Shown here one piece after another: positions 27,471 through 36,530 of a stretch of 64,000 nucleotides of DNA. Source of the stretch: Candidatus Competibacter sp. (GTDB lineage: Bacteria > Pseudomonadota > Gammaproteobacteria > Competibacterales > Competibacteraceae); NCBI GenBank assembly GCA_035447285.1, contig DAOTGT010000001.1:8198-72197 (forward strand). Reading direction: 5' to 3'. Under the pieces are notes generated by a model that saw only the letters and a program-made list of their open reading frames with translations, did no database searches and had not been told where the DNA came from. Position 1 is the first letter of the stretch, and each line of letters starts with the position of its first letter. A program made the position numbers and the translations under genes.

Positions 27471-27978
27471 ACTCACACCCAGGGAGCGACTGCAACCTTC
27501 GTTGTTGGATCGCCTGACCGACGACGAGCCGGACCAGCCGCAGGAGTCGCGCGACAAGCGAGTGTTGTCCACGAACCGTCTGCGCGAGTGCGTGCTGCGC
27601 GATCTGGCTTGGTTGTTCAACGCTAGTCGGATGCCGGATGACAGCGAAATCGAGCGCTATCCCTTCGCCGCCCGGTCGACCATCAATTTTGGCTTGCCAC
27701 CGCTGGCCGGGGTGACGGCCCATAGCCTGGACGTGGATGGACTGGAGCTTGTTCTGCGTCAAGTGATCTTGGATTTCGAACCACGCATCCTGCGTAATTC
27801 GTTGCGGGTGCGCGCGTCGTTTACCGAGGAGCGCATGAGCCATAACGCCCTGACCTTCGAGATCGAGGGAGAGTTGTGGGGGCAGCCCATGCCCCTACAA
27901 CTCTACTGGAAAACCGAGATCGACCTGGAAAGCGGTCAGGTCAAGGTCGAGGAAGCCAGCCGGACGAGGGAACACTAA
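27463..27978 (+). CDS. tssE: T6SS baseplate protein TssE (gp25-like)
   Basis: RLQPSLLDRLTDDEP...LRECVLRDLAWLFN...INFGLP is the TssE signature. The ATG at 27463 overlaps the tagJ stop. Confidence 0.93.
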   Translation: MAELTPRERLQPSLLDRLTDDEPDQPQESRDKRVLSTNRLRECVLRDLAWLFNASRMPDDSEIERYPFAARSTINFGLPPLAGVTAHSLDVDGLELVLRQVILDFEPRILRNSLRVRASFTEERMSHNALTFEIEGELWGQPMPLQLYWKTEIDLESGQVKVEEASRTREH

Positions 27979-29855
27979 TGGATCCTCGCCTGCTCGAATA
28001 CTACAACCGGGAACTCCAGCATCTGCGCGAGCTGGGCGGGGAATTCGCCCGCGAGTTCCCGAAGATCGCCGGGCGGTTGGGGTTGGAGGGGTTCGAGTGC
28101 GCCGATCCCTACGTCGAGCGGTTGCTGGAGGGTTTCAGCTTCCTGGCGGGGCGGGTGCAGCTCAAGATGGATGCCGAGTTCCCGCGATTTACCCAGCATT
28201 TGCTGGAGATCGTCTACCCGCACTATCTGGCGCCGACGCCGTCGATGCTGGTGGCCCGTTTCCAGCCAGACCCGACCGAAGGCGCGCTCGAACAAGGGTT
28301 CGTGATTCCTCGCGACAGCCAATTGCACAGCCAGCTCGGCAAGGGCGATCAGACGCCCTGCGAGTACCGGACCGCCCATGACGTGACGCTGTGGCCGTTG
28401 GAACTGACCGAAGCGCAGTATTTCGCCGGCAAGGAACCGGTGGCGCAGCTCGATCTACCGGATCTGGCCAAGGTCCGCGCCGGTATCCGGCTACGTCTGC
28501 GCACGACGCTGCCGGGCTTGCCTTTCAACAAGCTGGCGCTGACCCAGTTGCCGCTGTACCTGCACGGTAGCGAAGCCATTCCGGCCCGGCTGTACGAACA
28601 GTTGTTGTCCAACGTGGTGATGGTGGTGGCGCGGCCCGGCCAGCGGCCAGCGCCTTGGCACGAGGTTGTGGCCCGAAACCAAATTCGACGGCTCGGCTTC
28701 GAGGACGACCAAGCTCTGCTGCCCGGTACGCCCCCCTCGTTTCAGGGGTACCGGCTGTTGCACGAGTATTTTTCCTTCCCGCAACGCTATCTGTTCGTGG
28801 AATTGGGCGGCCTGGGGCCGGCGGTGCGCCGCTGCGCGGATCGCGAACTGGAAGTGCTGATCCTGCTCAACCGTGCCGATCCGGCGCTGGAAAACGTGGT
28901 GGCGGCGGAAAATTTCGCCCTGTTCTGCACGCCCGCGATCAATCTGTTTCCCAAGCGAGCCGATCGCATTCACCTGAGCGATCAGGTAGCCGAACATCAC
29001 TTGGTGCCGGACCGTACCCGGCCGATGGATTTCGAGGTTCACCAAGTCACCGGGGTGACCGGCATCGGCCCCGAAGGTGAAGAACAGGATTTCCTGCCGT
29101 TCTATGCCAGCTACGATCGGATTGACCAGCGCCAACAGCGCTCCTACTACACCATGCACCGGTTGCCGCGGTTGCTGTCCAGGCAGCAGCGGCGCGATGG
29201 GCCGCGCTCAAGTTATGTGGGCAGCGAAGTCTTCCTGTCGCTGGTCGATGCCGACGAGGCACCCTATCGCGGCAACATGCGGCAACTGGCGGTCGCCACT
29301 TGGTGCACCAACCGCGACCTGCCCTTGCTCATGCCGATCGGGCGGGGCGACACCGACTTCACGTTGGCTTCCGGGGCACCGGTCGGCGCCGTGCGCTGTC
29401 TGGCCGGACCCACTCGACCGTGGCCTTCCCACGCTCACGGCGACACCGCTTGGCGGCTGATCAGCCATCTGTCCCTGAACTATCTGTCGCTGGCCGATAC
29501 CGACGCCCGTCAGGGCGCCGTGGCGCTGCGGGAGTTGCTGGCGCTGTATGGCAATCTGGCGGAAATGACCGTTCGCCGGCAGGTCGATGGCGTTTGTTCG
29601 GTGCAAGCTACACCGGTAACCCGGCGCGCGCCGATTCCAGGCCCGATCGCCTTCGCTCGCGGCCTGGAGGTGACCGTGACCTTGGATGAGGCCGCCTTCG
29701 AAGGAGTGGGCATTCTGTTGTTGGGCGCGGTGCTGGAACAGTTTTTCGCCAAGTACGCTTCCATCAATTCCTTCACCGAAACGGTCGTTAGATCGACCGA
29801 GCGGGGCGAGATCATCCGATGGCCAGCCCGGATCGGACGCAGGCACACACTGTAG
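27978..29855 (+). CDS. tssF: T6SS baseplate protein TssF
   Basis: MDPRLLEYYNRELQHLRELGGEFAREFPKIAGRLGL is the canonical TssF start. It has a TAATG overlap with tssE. 625 aa. Confidence 0.95.
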   Translation: MDPRLLEYYNRELQHLRELGGEFAREFPKIAGRLGLEGFECADPYVERLLEGFSFLAGRVQLKMDAEFPRFTQHLLEIVYPHYLAPTPSMLVARFQPDPTEGALEQGFVIPRDSQLHSQLGKGDQTPCEYRTAHDVTLWPLELTEAQYFAGKEPVAQLDLPDLAKVRAGIRLRLRTTLPGLPFNKLALTQLPLYLHGSEAIPARLYEQLLSNVVMVVARPGQRPAPWHEVVARNQIRRLGFEDDQALLPGTPPSFQGYRLLHEYFSFPQRYLFVELGGLGPAVRRCADRELEVLILLNRADPALENVVAAENFALFCTPAINLFPKRADRIHLSDQVAEHHLVPDRTRPMDFEVHQVTGVTGIGPEGEEQDFLPFYASYDRIDQRQQRSYYTMHRLPRLLSRQQRRDGPRSSYVGSEVFLSLVDADEAPYRGNMRQLAVATWCTNRDLPLLMPIGRGDTDFTLASGAPVGAVRCLAGPTRPWPSHAHGDTAWRLISHLSLNYLSLADTDARQGAVALRELLALYGNLAEMTVRRQVDGVCSVQATPVTRRAPIPGPIAFARGLEVTVTLDEAAFEGVGILLLGAVLEQFFAKYASINSFTETVVRSTERGEIIRWPARIGRRHTL

Positions 29856-30856
29856 CCCTGTTCGAGGCGCTACAGCGCAAGCCGTATGCCTTCCATTTTT
29901 TCCAGGCGCTGCGGCGGCTGGAATGTCTGTACCGCGAGAAACCTCGGCTGGGCAAGGCGACCCGGCTGAGCGACGATCCCGTGCGCCTGGCGCAGGAGCC
30001 GTCGTTGGCCTTCGCGCCGGCCACGTTGGCGGCCTTCGATCCGGGCGGCGATGGCCGACCACCGCGTCTGTTCGAATATTTTCTAGGGTTGTTTGGCCCG
30101 CACGGGCCGTTGCCACTGCATCTGACCGAATACGCGCGCGACCGGTCGCGCAATTACGATGACCGGACCTTCGCTTGGTTTGCCGATGTCTTTCACCACC
30201 GAATGTTGTGCCTGTTTTACCGAGCCTGGGCGGATACCCAGCCGACCGTCAGTTTCGACCGGCCGGAAACCGATCGCTTCAATGTCTATGTCGGTGCCTT
30301 GTGCGGTTTGGGCATGCCGTCGCTGTGGCATCGGGACGCGGTGCCGGATCTGGCCAAGTTCCATTACGCCGGCCGCCTGGTCAGCCAGACCCGCAACCCC
30401 GAGGGCTTGCAAGCGATTCTGGCGGATTTTTTCAAGCTGCCGGTGACGGTCGAGAGCTTCGTCGGGCACTGGTTGCCGTTGTCCGAGGCCAGCCGCTGTC
30501 GGTTGGGGGAAACCCCGGATACCGGCCTGCTGGGGGTGACGGCGGTGATCGGCGAGCGGGTGTGGGATTGCCAGCACAAGTTTCGGGTCGTCATGGGGCC
30601 GATGGGCTTGGCGGAATTTCAGCGCTTTTTGCCCGGTAGCGCCAGCCTGCGGCGGTTGGTCGATTGGGTGCGCAACTACACCGGCGACGAATTGCTGTGG
30701 GATGTCAATCTGATCCTCCGCAAGGAGGAAGTACCGCCGCTGCGATTGGGCGAGGGGTCGCAGTTGGGCTGGACCACCTGGCTGACCAGCCAGCCGCCGG
30801 ATCGCGATGTCGATGATCTCAAACTGGATGCCATTATCTACTGTACCCGATCTTGA
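29819..30856 (+). CDS. tssG: T6SS baseplate protein TssG
   Basis: 345 aa. Blocks YAFHFFQALRRLE and LPLHLTEY. It overlaps the 3' end of tssF. Confidence 0.95.
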   Translation: MASPDRTQAHTVALFEALQRKPYAFHFFQALRRLECLYREKPRLGKATRLSDDPVRLAQEPSLAFAPATLAAFDPGGDGRPPRLFEYFLGLFGPHGPLPLHLTEYARDRSRNYDDRTFAWFADVFHHRMLCLFYRAWADTQPTVSFDRPETDRFNVYVGALCGLGMPSLWHRDAVPDLAKFHYAGRLVSQTRNPEGLQAILADFFKLPVTVESFVGHWLPLSEASRCRLGETPDTGLLGVTAVIGERVWDCQHKFRVVMGPMGLAEFQRFLPGSASLRRLVDWVRNYTGDELLWDVNLILRKEEVPPLRLGEGSQLGWTTWLTSQPPDRDVDDLKLDAIIYCTRS

Positions 30857-30994
30857 GGTGAAGGGTTAAAGGCCAGGGGTTAAAGGTGAGCGCGGTAAAG
30901 GGCCGAAGGCCGGCCGGCGACCTCCTCGCCTGACCCAGGCTCTAGTCCTTGGCCTCGTCTGTTGACCTGTCAATGCCGCTGGGAGTCTGAACCT

Positions 30995-33679
30995 ATGGCC
31001 GAAATCAGTCGCGTCACCGCATTCGGTAAGCTGAATAGTCTGGGCTATAAAGCCATCGAAAGCGCCACCGTTTTCTGCAAGCTGCGCGGTAATCCTTATG
31101 TGGAACTGGTGCACTGGTTGCATCAAATCCTGCAATTACAGGATTCAGACCTGCACCGAATCATCCAACACTTCAGCTTGAATCCGTCGCGGCTGGCCAA
31201 GGATTTCACCGAGGCACTGGACCGGTTGCCGCGCGGCTCAACTTCAGTTTCCGATCTATCCTCCCATGTCGATGCGGCGGTGGAAAACGGCTGGGTGTGC
31301 GCGACCCTGATGTTCAAGGACAGCCAAGTGCGCACCGGGCACCTGCTGGTCGGGATGTTGCGGACACCGGACTTGCGCAACGTGTTGTTGGCCATCTCGC
31401 GCGAATTCGACAAGATCAAACTGGACGAACTGGGCGACCGGTTTAACGATATCGTCGCCGCCTCGCCGGAAACCGGGTTGCGCGCCTCGGATGGATCTCA
31501 GGTCGGTGGTGGCGCGGCGCCCGGCGAGGCCAGCGAAGCCGTGGCGCCAGCACAGATGGGCAAACAGGAAGCCTTGCAACGCTTTTCGGTGGATCTGACC
31601 GAGCGGGCGCGCAAGGGCGAACTGGATCCCATCGTCGGCCGCGACGAGGAAATCCGCCAGATCGTCGATATTCTGATGCGCCGCCGCCAGAACAACCCGA
31701 TCCTGACCGGCGAGGCCGGCGTGGGCAAGACGGCGGTGGTGGAGGGGTTCGCTCAGCGCATCGCGTCCGGGGATGTGCCGCCGCCGCTCAAGGACGTGAC
31801 GTTGCGGGTGCTGGATGTGGGTCTGCTGCAAGCCGGTGCCAGCATGAAAGGCGAGTTCGAGAACCGGCTTCGGCAAGTGATCGACGAAGTGCAATCCTCC
31901 CCCAAGCCGATCATTTTGTTCATCGACGAGGCGCACACTCTGATTGGCGCGGGTGGCGCGGCCGGCACCGGTGACGCCGCCAACCTGCTCAAGCCAGCGT
32001 TGGCGCGCGGTAAATTGCGCACCATCGCCGCCACTACTTGGGCCGAGTACAAGAAGCATATCGAGAAAGACCCCGCACTGACCCGCCGCTTTCAGGTGGT
32101 GCAGGTCGGCGAGCCCAGCGAGGAAAAAACCATCCTGATGATGCGTGGCATGGCTTCGACCATGGAGCAACATCACCGGGTGCTGATTCTCGACGAGGCG
32201 CTGGAGGTGGCGGTCAAGCTGTCGCATCGCTACATCCCGGCCCGGCAGTTGCCGGATAAGGCAGTCAGCCTGCTGGATACCGCCAGCGCCCGGGTGGCGA
32301 TCAGTCTGCACGCGGTGCCGGCCGAGGTCGAGGACTGCCGCCGCCGCATCGAAGGGCTGAACACCGAACTGGAAATTATCGGCCGCGAAACGGCGGTCGG
32401 TATCGATACCGCTCAGCGTCAGGCCGATGCCACCGAGAAATTGCAAGCCGAGCAGCTGCGACTGGGAGAACTGGAGGCCCGTTGGCAGGAAGAAAAAGGC
32501 GTGGTCGATCAGATCCTGGAGCTGCGCGCCAAGTTGCGCGGTGACGGTGGCGCGGTCGATACCGCCGCCGTGGCCGAACCCGATCCAGAACGGCAGACTT
32601 GGTTGGCGGAGCTGAAGGATCTCCAAGGCCGATTGCACGAATTGCAGGGCGAAACGCCGCTGATCCTACCCAGCGTGGACGCTCAGGCGGTGGCGTCGGT
32701 GGTCGCCGACTGGACCGGCATTCCGGTCGGGCGCATGGTCAAGAACGAAATCGAAACCGTGCTCAAGCTGGCCGACATCATCAACCGCCGCATCATCGGC
32801 CAGCGTCATGCCCTGGACATGATTGCCCGGCGGATTCAGACCTCGCGCGCCGCATTGGACAACCCCAGCAAGCCGATTGGCGTGTTCATGCTGGCCGGCC
32901 CGTCCGGGGTGGGCAAAACCGAGACAGCGCTGGCGCTGGCCGAGGCGCTGTACGGCGGCGAGCAGAACGTCATCACCATCAACATGAGCGAGTTCCAGGA
33001 AGCGCACACCGTTTCCACTCTCAAGGGCGCGCCGCCCGGCTACGTCGGTTACGGTGAGGGTGGGGTATTGACCGAGGCAGTGCGCCGCCGGCCCTACAGC
33101 GTGGTGCTGCTGGACGAGGTGGAAAAGGCCCATCACGACGTGCACGAAATCTTCTTCCAGGTGTTCGACAAGGGGTGGATGGAAGACGGCGAAGGGCGGC
33201 ACATCGATTTCAAGAACACCCTGATCCTGCTCACCACCAACGTCGGTACCGATTTGATCATGGGCATGTGCAAGGACCCGGATTTGTTGCCCGATCCCGA
33301 TGGCTTGGCCAAGGCACTGCGGGAACCTTTGCTCAAGGTGTTTCCGCCGGCGCTGCTGGGGCGATTGGTGACGATTCCCTATTACCCGCTCAGTGACGAG
33401 ATGATCGGCGATATCGTGCGCCTGCAACTGGGGCGGATTCAGAAACGGGTTTTGGCAAACCACAAGGTTCCGTTCGACTACGACGACGAGGTGGTGAAGC
33501 TGATCGTCAGCCGCTGCACGGAGCTTGAGAGTGGCGGGCGGATGGTGGACGCCATTTTGACCAACACCGTGTTGCCCGCGATCAGCCAAGAATTTTTGAA
33601 TCGGATGGTGGAAGGCCAGCCGGTTTCGCGGGTGCGGATTAAGGTCGTGGATGGCGAGTTTGGTTTCGAGTTCGAGTGA
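30995..33679 (+). CDS. clpV: T6SS AAA+ ATPase ClpV (TssH)
   Basis: A Clp N-domain is followed by two AAA+ modules (GEAGVGKTAVVEG..., GPSGVGKTETALALAE...). A GGGAG RBS precedes the ATG at 30995. Listed ORF 30962 is over-extended. Confidence 0.97.
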   Translation: MAEISRVTAFGKLNSLGYKAIESATVFCKLRGNPYVELVHWLHQILQLQDSDLHRIIQHFSLNPSRLAKDFTEALDRLPRGSTSVSDLSSHVDAAVENGWVCATLMFKDSQVRTGHLLVGMLRTPDLRNVLLAISREFDKIKLDELGDRFNDIVAASPETGLRASDGSQVGGGAAPGEASEAVAPAQMGKQEALQRFSVDLTERARKGELDPIVGRDEEIRQIVDILMRRRQNNPILTGEAGVGKTAVVEGFAQRIASGDVPPPLKDVTLRVLDVGLLQAGASMKGEFENRLRQVIDEVQSSPKPIILFIDEAHTLIGAGGAAGTGDAANLLKPALARGKLRTIAATTWAEYKKHIEKDPALTRRFQVVQVGEPSEEKTILMMRGMASTMEQHHRVLILDEALEVAVKLSHRYIPARQLPDKAVSLLDTASARVAISLHAVPAEVEDCRRRIEGLNTELEIIGRETAVGIDTAQRQADATEKLQAEQLRLGELEARWQEEKGVVDQILELRAKLRGDGGAVDTAAVAEPDPERQTWLAELKDLQGRLHELQGETPLILPSVDAQAVASVVADWTGIPVGRMVKNEIETVLKLADIINRRIIGQRHALDMIARRIQTSRAALDNPSKPIGVFMLAGPSGVGKTETALALAEALYGGEQNVITINMSEFQEAHTVSTLKGAPPGYVGYGEGGVLTEAVRRRPYSVVLLDEVEKAHHDVHEIFFQVFDKGWMEDGEGRHIDFKNTLILLTTNVGTDLIMGMCKDPDLLPDPDGLAKALREPLLKVFPPALLGRLVTIPYYPLSDEMIGDIVRLQLGRIQKRVLANHKVPFDYDDEVVKLIVSRCTELESGGRMVDAILTNTVLPAISQEFLNRMVEGQPVSRVRIKVVDGEFGFEFE

Positions 33680-33697
33680 GAGGAGCAGGCTGAAATG

Positions 33698-33750
33698 AAC
33701 CGGTCCAGAATGAATCCCTGTCGTTTATTCTGGACCGGTTATCGATTTTT
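33698..33750 (+). terminator. stem-loop / intrinsic terminator after clpV
   Basis: A 14-bp perfect stem, AACCGGTCCAGAAT (33698..33711) with ATTCTGGACCGGTT (33727..33740), is followed by ATCGATTTTTAT. Confidence 0.65.
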
Positions 33751-33880
33751 ATGTGGTTGGTTGGCATGAAAATATCGTGTTGGATAGGGACTGGATTGAA
33801 TTGGTATTGATCGTGCGTATTCCGAATGTGAGATTGGTGATTCATGTATTAAAGTAGCGATCAATCAAGGGGAACTTATT

Positions 33881-34414
33881 ATGGTAACTCTGGGATTTTA
33901 TGTTGGGGGCGTATCGGCGTCCTTGCTTGGGGCTACGGAGGATTCAGCGTTCGCACACGTGGTAGTGGGGCACTTCAAGTCCAGCACATTCTATTTCAAT
34001 ACATGTGGCGAAGTCATGAAGAGTGGTGACACTGGATTTGGTAAATTACAGAATAAAATCCTCCACTACGGCTGGATGAGCTGCAACACCCAGGTGAATG
34101 GAGTCAACCTTGCCCTTGATAAGGAAGGAAGGGCGCTGCCGCTGAACTTGGTCGGTAAGTTCATCGAAATCAAGGTCGATTGCGGTACAACGTTCGCTAG
34201 TTGGGAGCGTGTAAATACGGTGTTTAAAGTGACCGAGATGGGGAAAGATGGCAACAAAGGAAAGGTGCTTTTCGAGTTTGATGGAATGATGAAAATCTGG
34301 GCGGGAAAAATGAGCTCTGATGTTGAAATCTCGGGTGTGCTCAAGCCACTTACGGGCAAGGTGGCAGAGAACGTAGCCCTACAAGTCATCAATGCCGATG
34401 CGTCTAGGCTCTAG
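33881..34414 (+). CDS. hypothetical protein (no recognisable domain)
   Basis: A 177-aa ORF in a clearly AT-richer islet. No convincing signal peptide or lipobox. The composition looks beta-rich. AT-rich codon usage differs from the neighbours. Confidence 0.55.
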   Translation: MVTLGFYVGGVSASLLGATEDSAFAHVVVGHFKSSTFYFNTCGEVMKSGDTGFGKLQNKILHYGWMSCNTQVNGVNLALDKEGRALPLNLVGKFIEIKVDCGTTFASWERVNTVFKVTEMGKDGNKGKVLFEFDGMMKIWAGKMSSDVEISGVLKPLTGKVAENVALQVINADASRL

Positions 34415-34476
34415 CATAGAGCGGCGGTTTTTTTGTTTGAGCCTTGAATAAAACCGACGCCGAGGAATAAAAAATC

Positions 34477-35151
34477 ATGATGCAAGCCCATGATTTTGAG
34501 CTTTTTGACAGCAATCAGCAGTCCTGTACCGTCATATTCAAATGGACCGGTGTCTACGCGGGATTTTTCAAGAATGACCGGTTGTTCGACAGGTTTGGAC
34601 GTTATCTGGGCTGGTGCGATGCCCAAGGTTCCGTGTGGAAGTATGACGGAGAATGGCTCGGTCATGTCGTTGAACAGAATTACTTAGCGCGCGACCTGCG
34701 GGCGTTGTCCCAGCGGCGACCGCCCCAGGTGCCCCCGGTACCGGCTCAGCCGCCGATGCCACCCACGCCGCGAGTAGCGCGGGCAGTACGGCCGAACTGT
34801 TGCGACCCACTGGAAGCTTTGCTGCGGATGCCGGCGTCGGAGGAATTGATTGGCGAGTGGTGTTCCGACGATGAAATCCTGCGGTTGAGCGAGGACGGCT
34901 CTTTTCAGTGGACGGCGATGGAATCGGCAACGGATGCCGTTGGCCGCTGGGAATTACGCGGGCAGGAGTTGCTCCTGTGCTGGGAAGGCGTCGTGGAGCC
35001 GGAACGAACCTATTGGGTGATCGAATTCAGCGGGGATTCGCTGTTGCTGCGCTGGATGAGAAAAACTGGCCGAAGCTTGCCCTTGTGGTTGCATCGCCGG
35101 GCTGTTCAACCGGACATCCGGGACGACGCCGATGAATCGCAAGCAACGTAG
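34477..35151 (+). CDS. hypothetical protein: N-terminal beta-hairpin repeat region, Pro-rich linker, C-terminal lipocalin-like region
   Basis: 224 aa. The N-terminus LFDRFGRYLGWCDAQGSVWKYDGEWLGHVVEQNYLAR resembles the repeated D-x-x-G-x-x-L-G hairpins of so-called 4-fold beta-flower proteins. It is followed by PPQVPPVPAQPPMPPTP and a GxW-rich C-terminal domain. This is recollection only. Confidence 0.55.
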   Translation: MMQAHDFELFDSNQQSCTVIFKWTGVYAGFFKNDRLFDRFGRYLGWCDAQGSVWKYDGEWLGHVVEQNYLARDLRALSQRRPPQVPPVPAQPPMPPTPRVARAVRPNCCDPLEALLRMPASEELIGEWCSDDEILRLSEDGSFQWTAMESATDAVGRWELRGQELLLCWEGVVEPERTYWVIEFSGDSLLLRWMRKTGRSLPLWLHRRAVQPDIRDDADESQAT

Positions 35152-36481
35152 GGCGCTCAGCGGCGCGGCGCGGCCGGATGCTCCCGCCAGCGAAGCACGA
35201 CGGGTCGAGCAGGCGATTGCCCTGCACCGGCAGGGGCAACTTGGTGCGGCGGAAGCGCTTTATCGCCAGATGCTGCGCCGGAATCCGCGGCAGGTCGACG
35301 CCCTGCATTTTCTGGGGGTGCTCGCCGCGCAGCGGCATGAAAACGACGGCGCCGTCAAGCTGATCCGCCAAGCGCTCGAACTGAACCCACGCTATGCGGA
35401 CGCCCATAACAACCTGGGCAACGTGCTGGCCGCCATGGAGCAATTCGATGAGGCAGCGGCGGCCTATCGCCAAACCATCGAGTTGGCTCCCGGCAATCTC
35501 GGCGCTCGCTGCAACCTCGGCGTGATGCTGCGGCGATCCGGTCGGTTTGAGGACGCGGTGGTTGCCTGTCAGCAGACGCTTGCCCTGAAACCGCGACTGG
35601 CGGAGGTTCATCTCAATTTGGGCAAGGCGCTGGTCGAGCTGGAACGCCATGAAGAAGCGATGGCCGCGTTCCGCGAGGCGATTCGCCTGCGACCCGGCCA
35701 TGCGTCCGCTTACAAGAGTCTGGGCATGCTGTTGTACCGGCTCAATCGTAGCGAGGAAGCCGCCGAGCTGTTTCGGGGTTGGCTGGAGCAAGACCCGGCC
35801 AATCCGGTCGCTCGGCATCTGCTGGCGGCCCATTCCGGGCACGCCGCACCAGCCCGGGCGGCGGACGATTATGTCCAGGAACTGTTCGACGGCATGGCCG
35901 ACAGCTTCGACGACCATTTGCATCGGTTGGACTATCGGGCGCCGGACTTGATTGCTGGGGAAATCGGTACGACGCTGGGCATGCCGACCCAGTCGCTGGA
36001 GGTGTTGGATGCCGGTTGCGGTACGGGGCTTTGTGGGCCGCTTTTGCGTCCTTACGCCCGCCGCTTGATCGGAGTCGATTTGTCGCCGCGCATGGTGGAG
36101 CGCGCGCGGACGCGGGGGGATTACGACGAATTGGCGGTCGCGGAGTTGACCGCATTCCTCGCCGCCCGGCCAGCGTCTCATGACCTGATCGTGTCGGCGG
36201 ATACGCTGGTTTATTTTGGCGATCTACGGCCGGTGTTGGCCGCCGCCGCCGCCGCCCTGCGACCCGAGGGTTGGCTGGCGTTTACCGTGGAGCGTGGCGA
36301 GGAGGGAGGAACGGAGGAATTCCGGCTCGATCGCAGCGGTCGCTACCAGCATGCCGAAGCCTATTTGCGCCGAGAACTGGTCCAGGTCGGCATGGTGGTC
36401 GAGACGCTGGAAACCGTGGATTTGCGTTTGGAAGGCGGCCATCCGGTCGTCGGGTTCCTGGTGCTGGCGCGCAAGCCATGA
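35132..36481 (+). CDS. TPR-repeat protein fused to a class I SAM-dependent methyltransferase (COG4976-like), copy 1
   Basis: 449 aa. About 6 TPR units (ALHFLGVLAAQ..., AHNNLGNVLAA...) are followed by the SAM motif I LEVLDAGCGTGLCGPLL and IVSADTLVYFGDL. Confidence 0.85.
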   Translation: MNRKQRRALSGAARPDAPASEARRVEQAIALHRQGQLGAAEALYRQMLRRNPRQVDALHFLGVLAAQRHENDGAVKLIRQALELNPRYADAHNNLGNVLAAMEQFDEAAAAYRQTIELAPGNLGARCNLGVMLRRSGRFEDAVVACQQTLALKPRLAEVHLNLGKALVELERHEEAMAAFREAIRLRPGHASAYKSLGMLLYRLNRSEEAAELFRGWLEQDPANPVARHLLAAHSGHAAPARAADDYVQELFDGMADSFDDHLHRLDYRAPDLIAGEIGTTLGMPTQSLEVLDAGCGTGLCGPLLRPYARRLIGVDLSPRMVERARTRGDYDELAVAELTAFLAARPASHDLIVSADTLVYFGDLRPVLAAAAAALRPEGWLAFTVERGEEGGTEEFRLDRSGRYQHAEAYLRRELVQVGMVVETLETVDLRLEGGHPVVGFLVLARKP

Positions 36482-36530
36482 CCGGCGACGCGAGTGGAAG
36501 CGTGATCGAAGCAAGCTTGAGGAGGTACCT

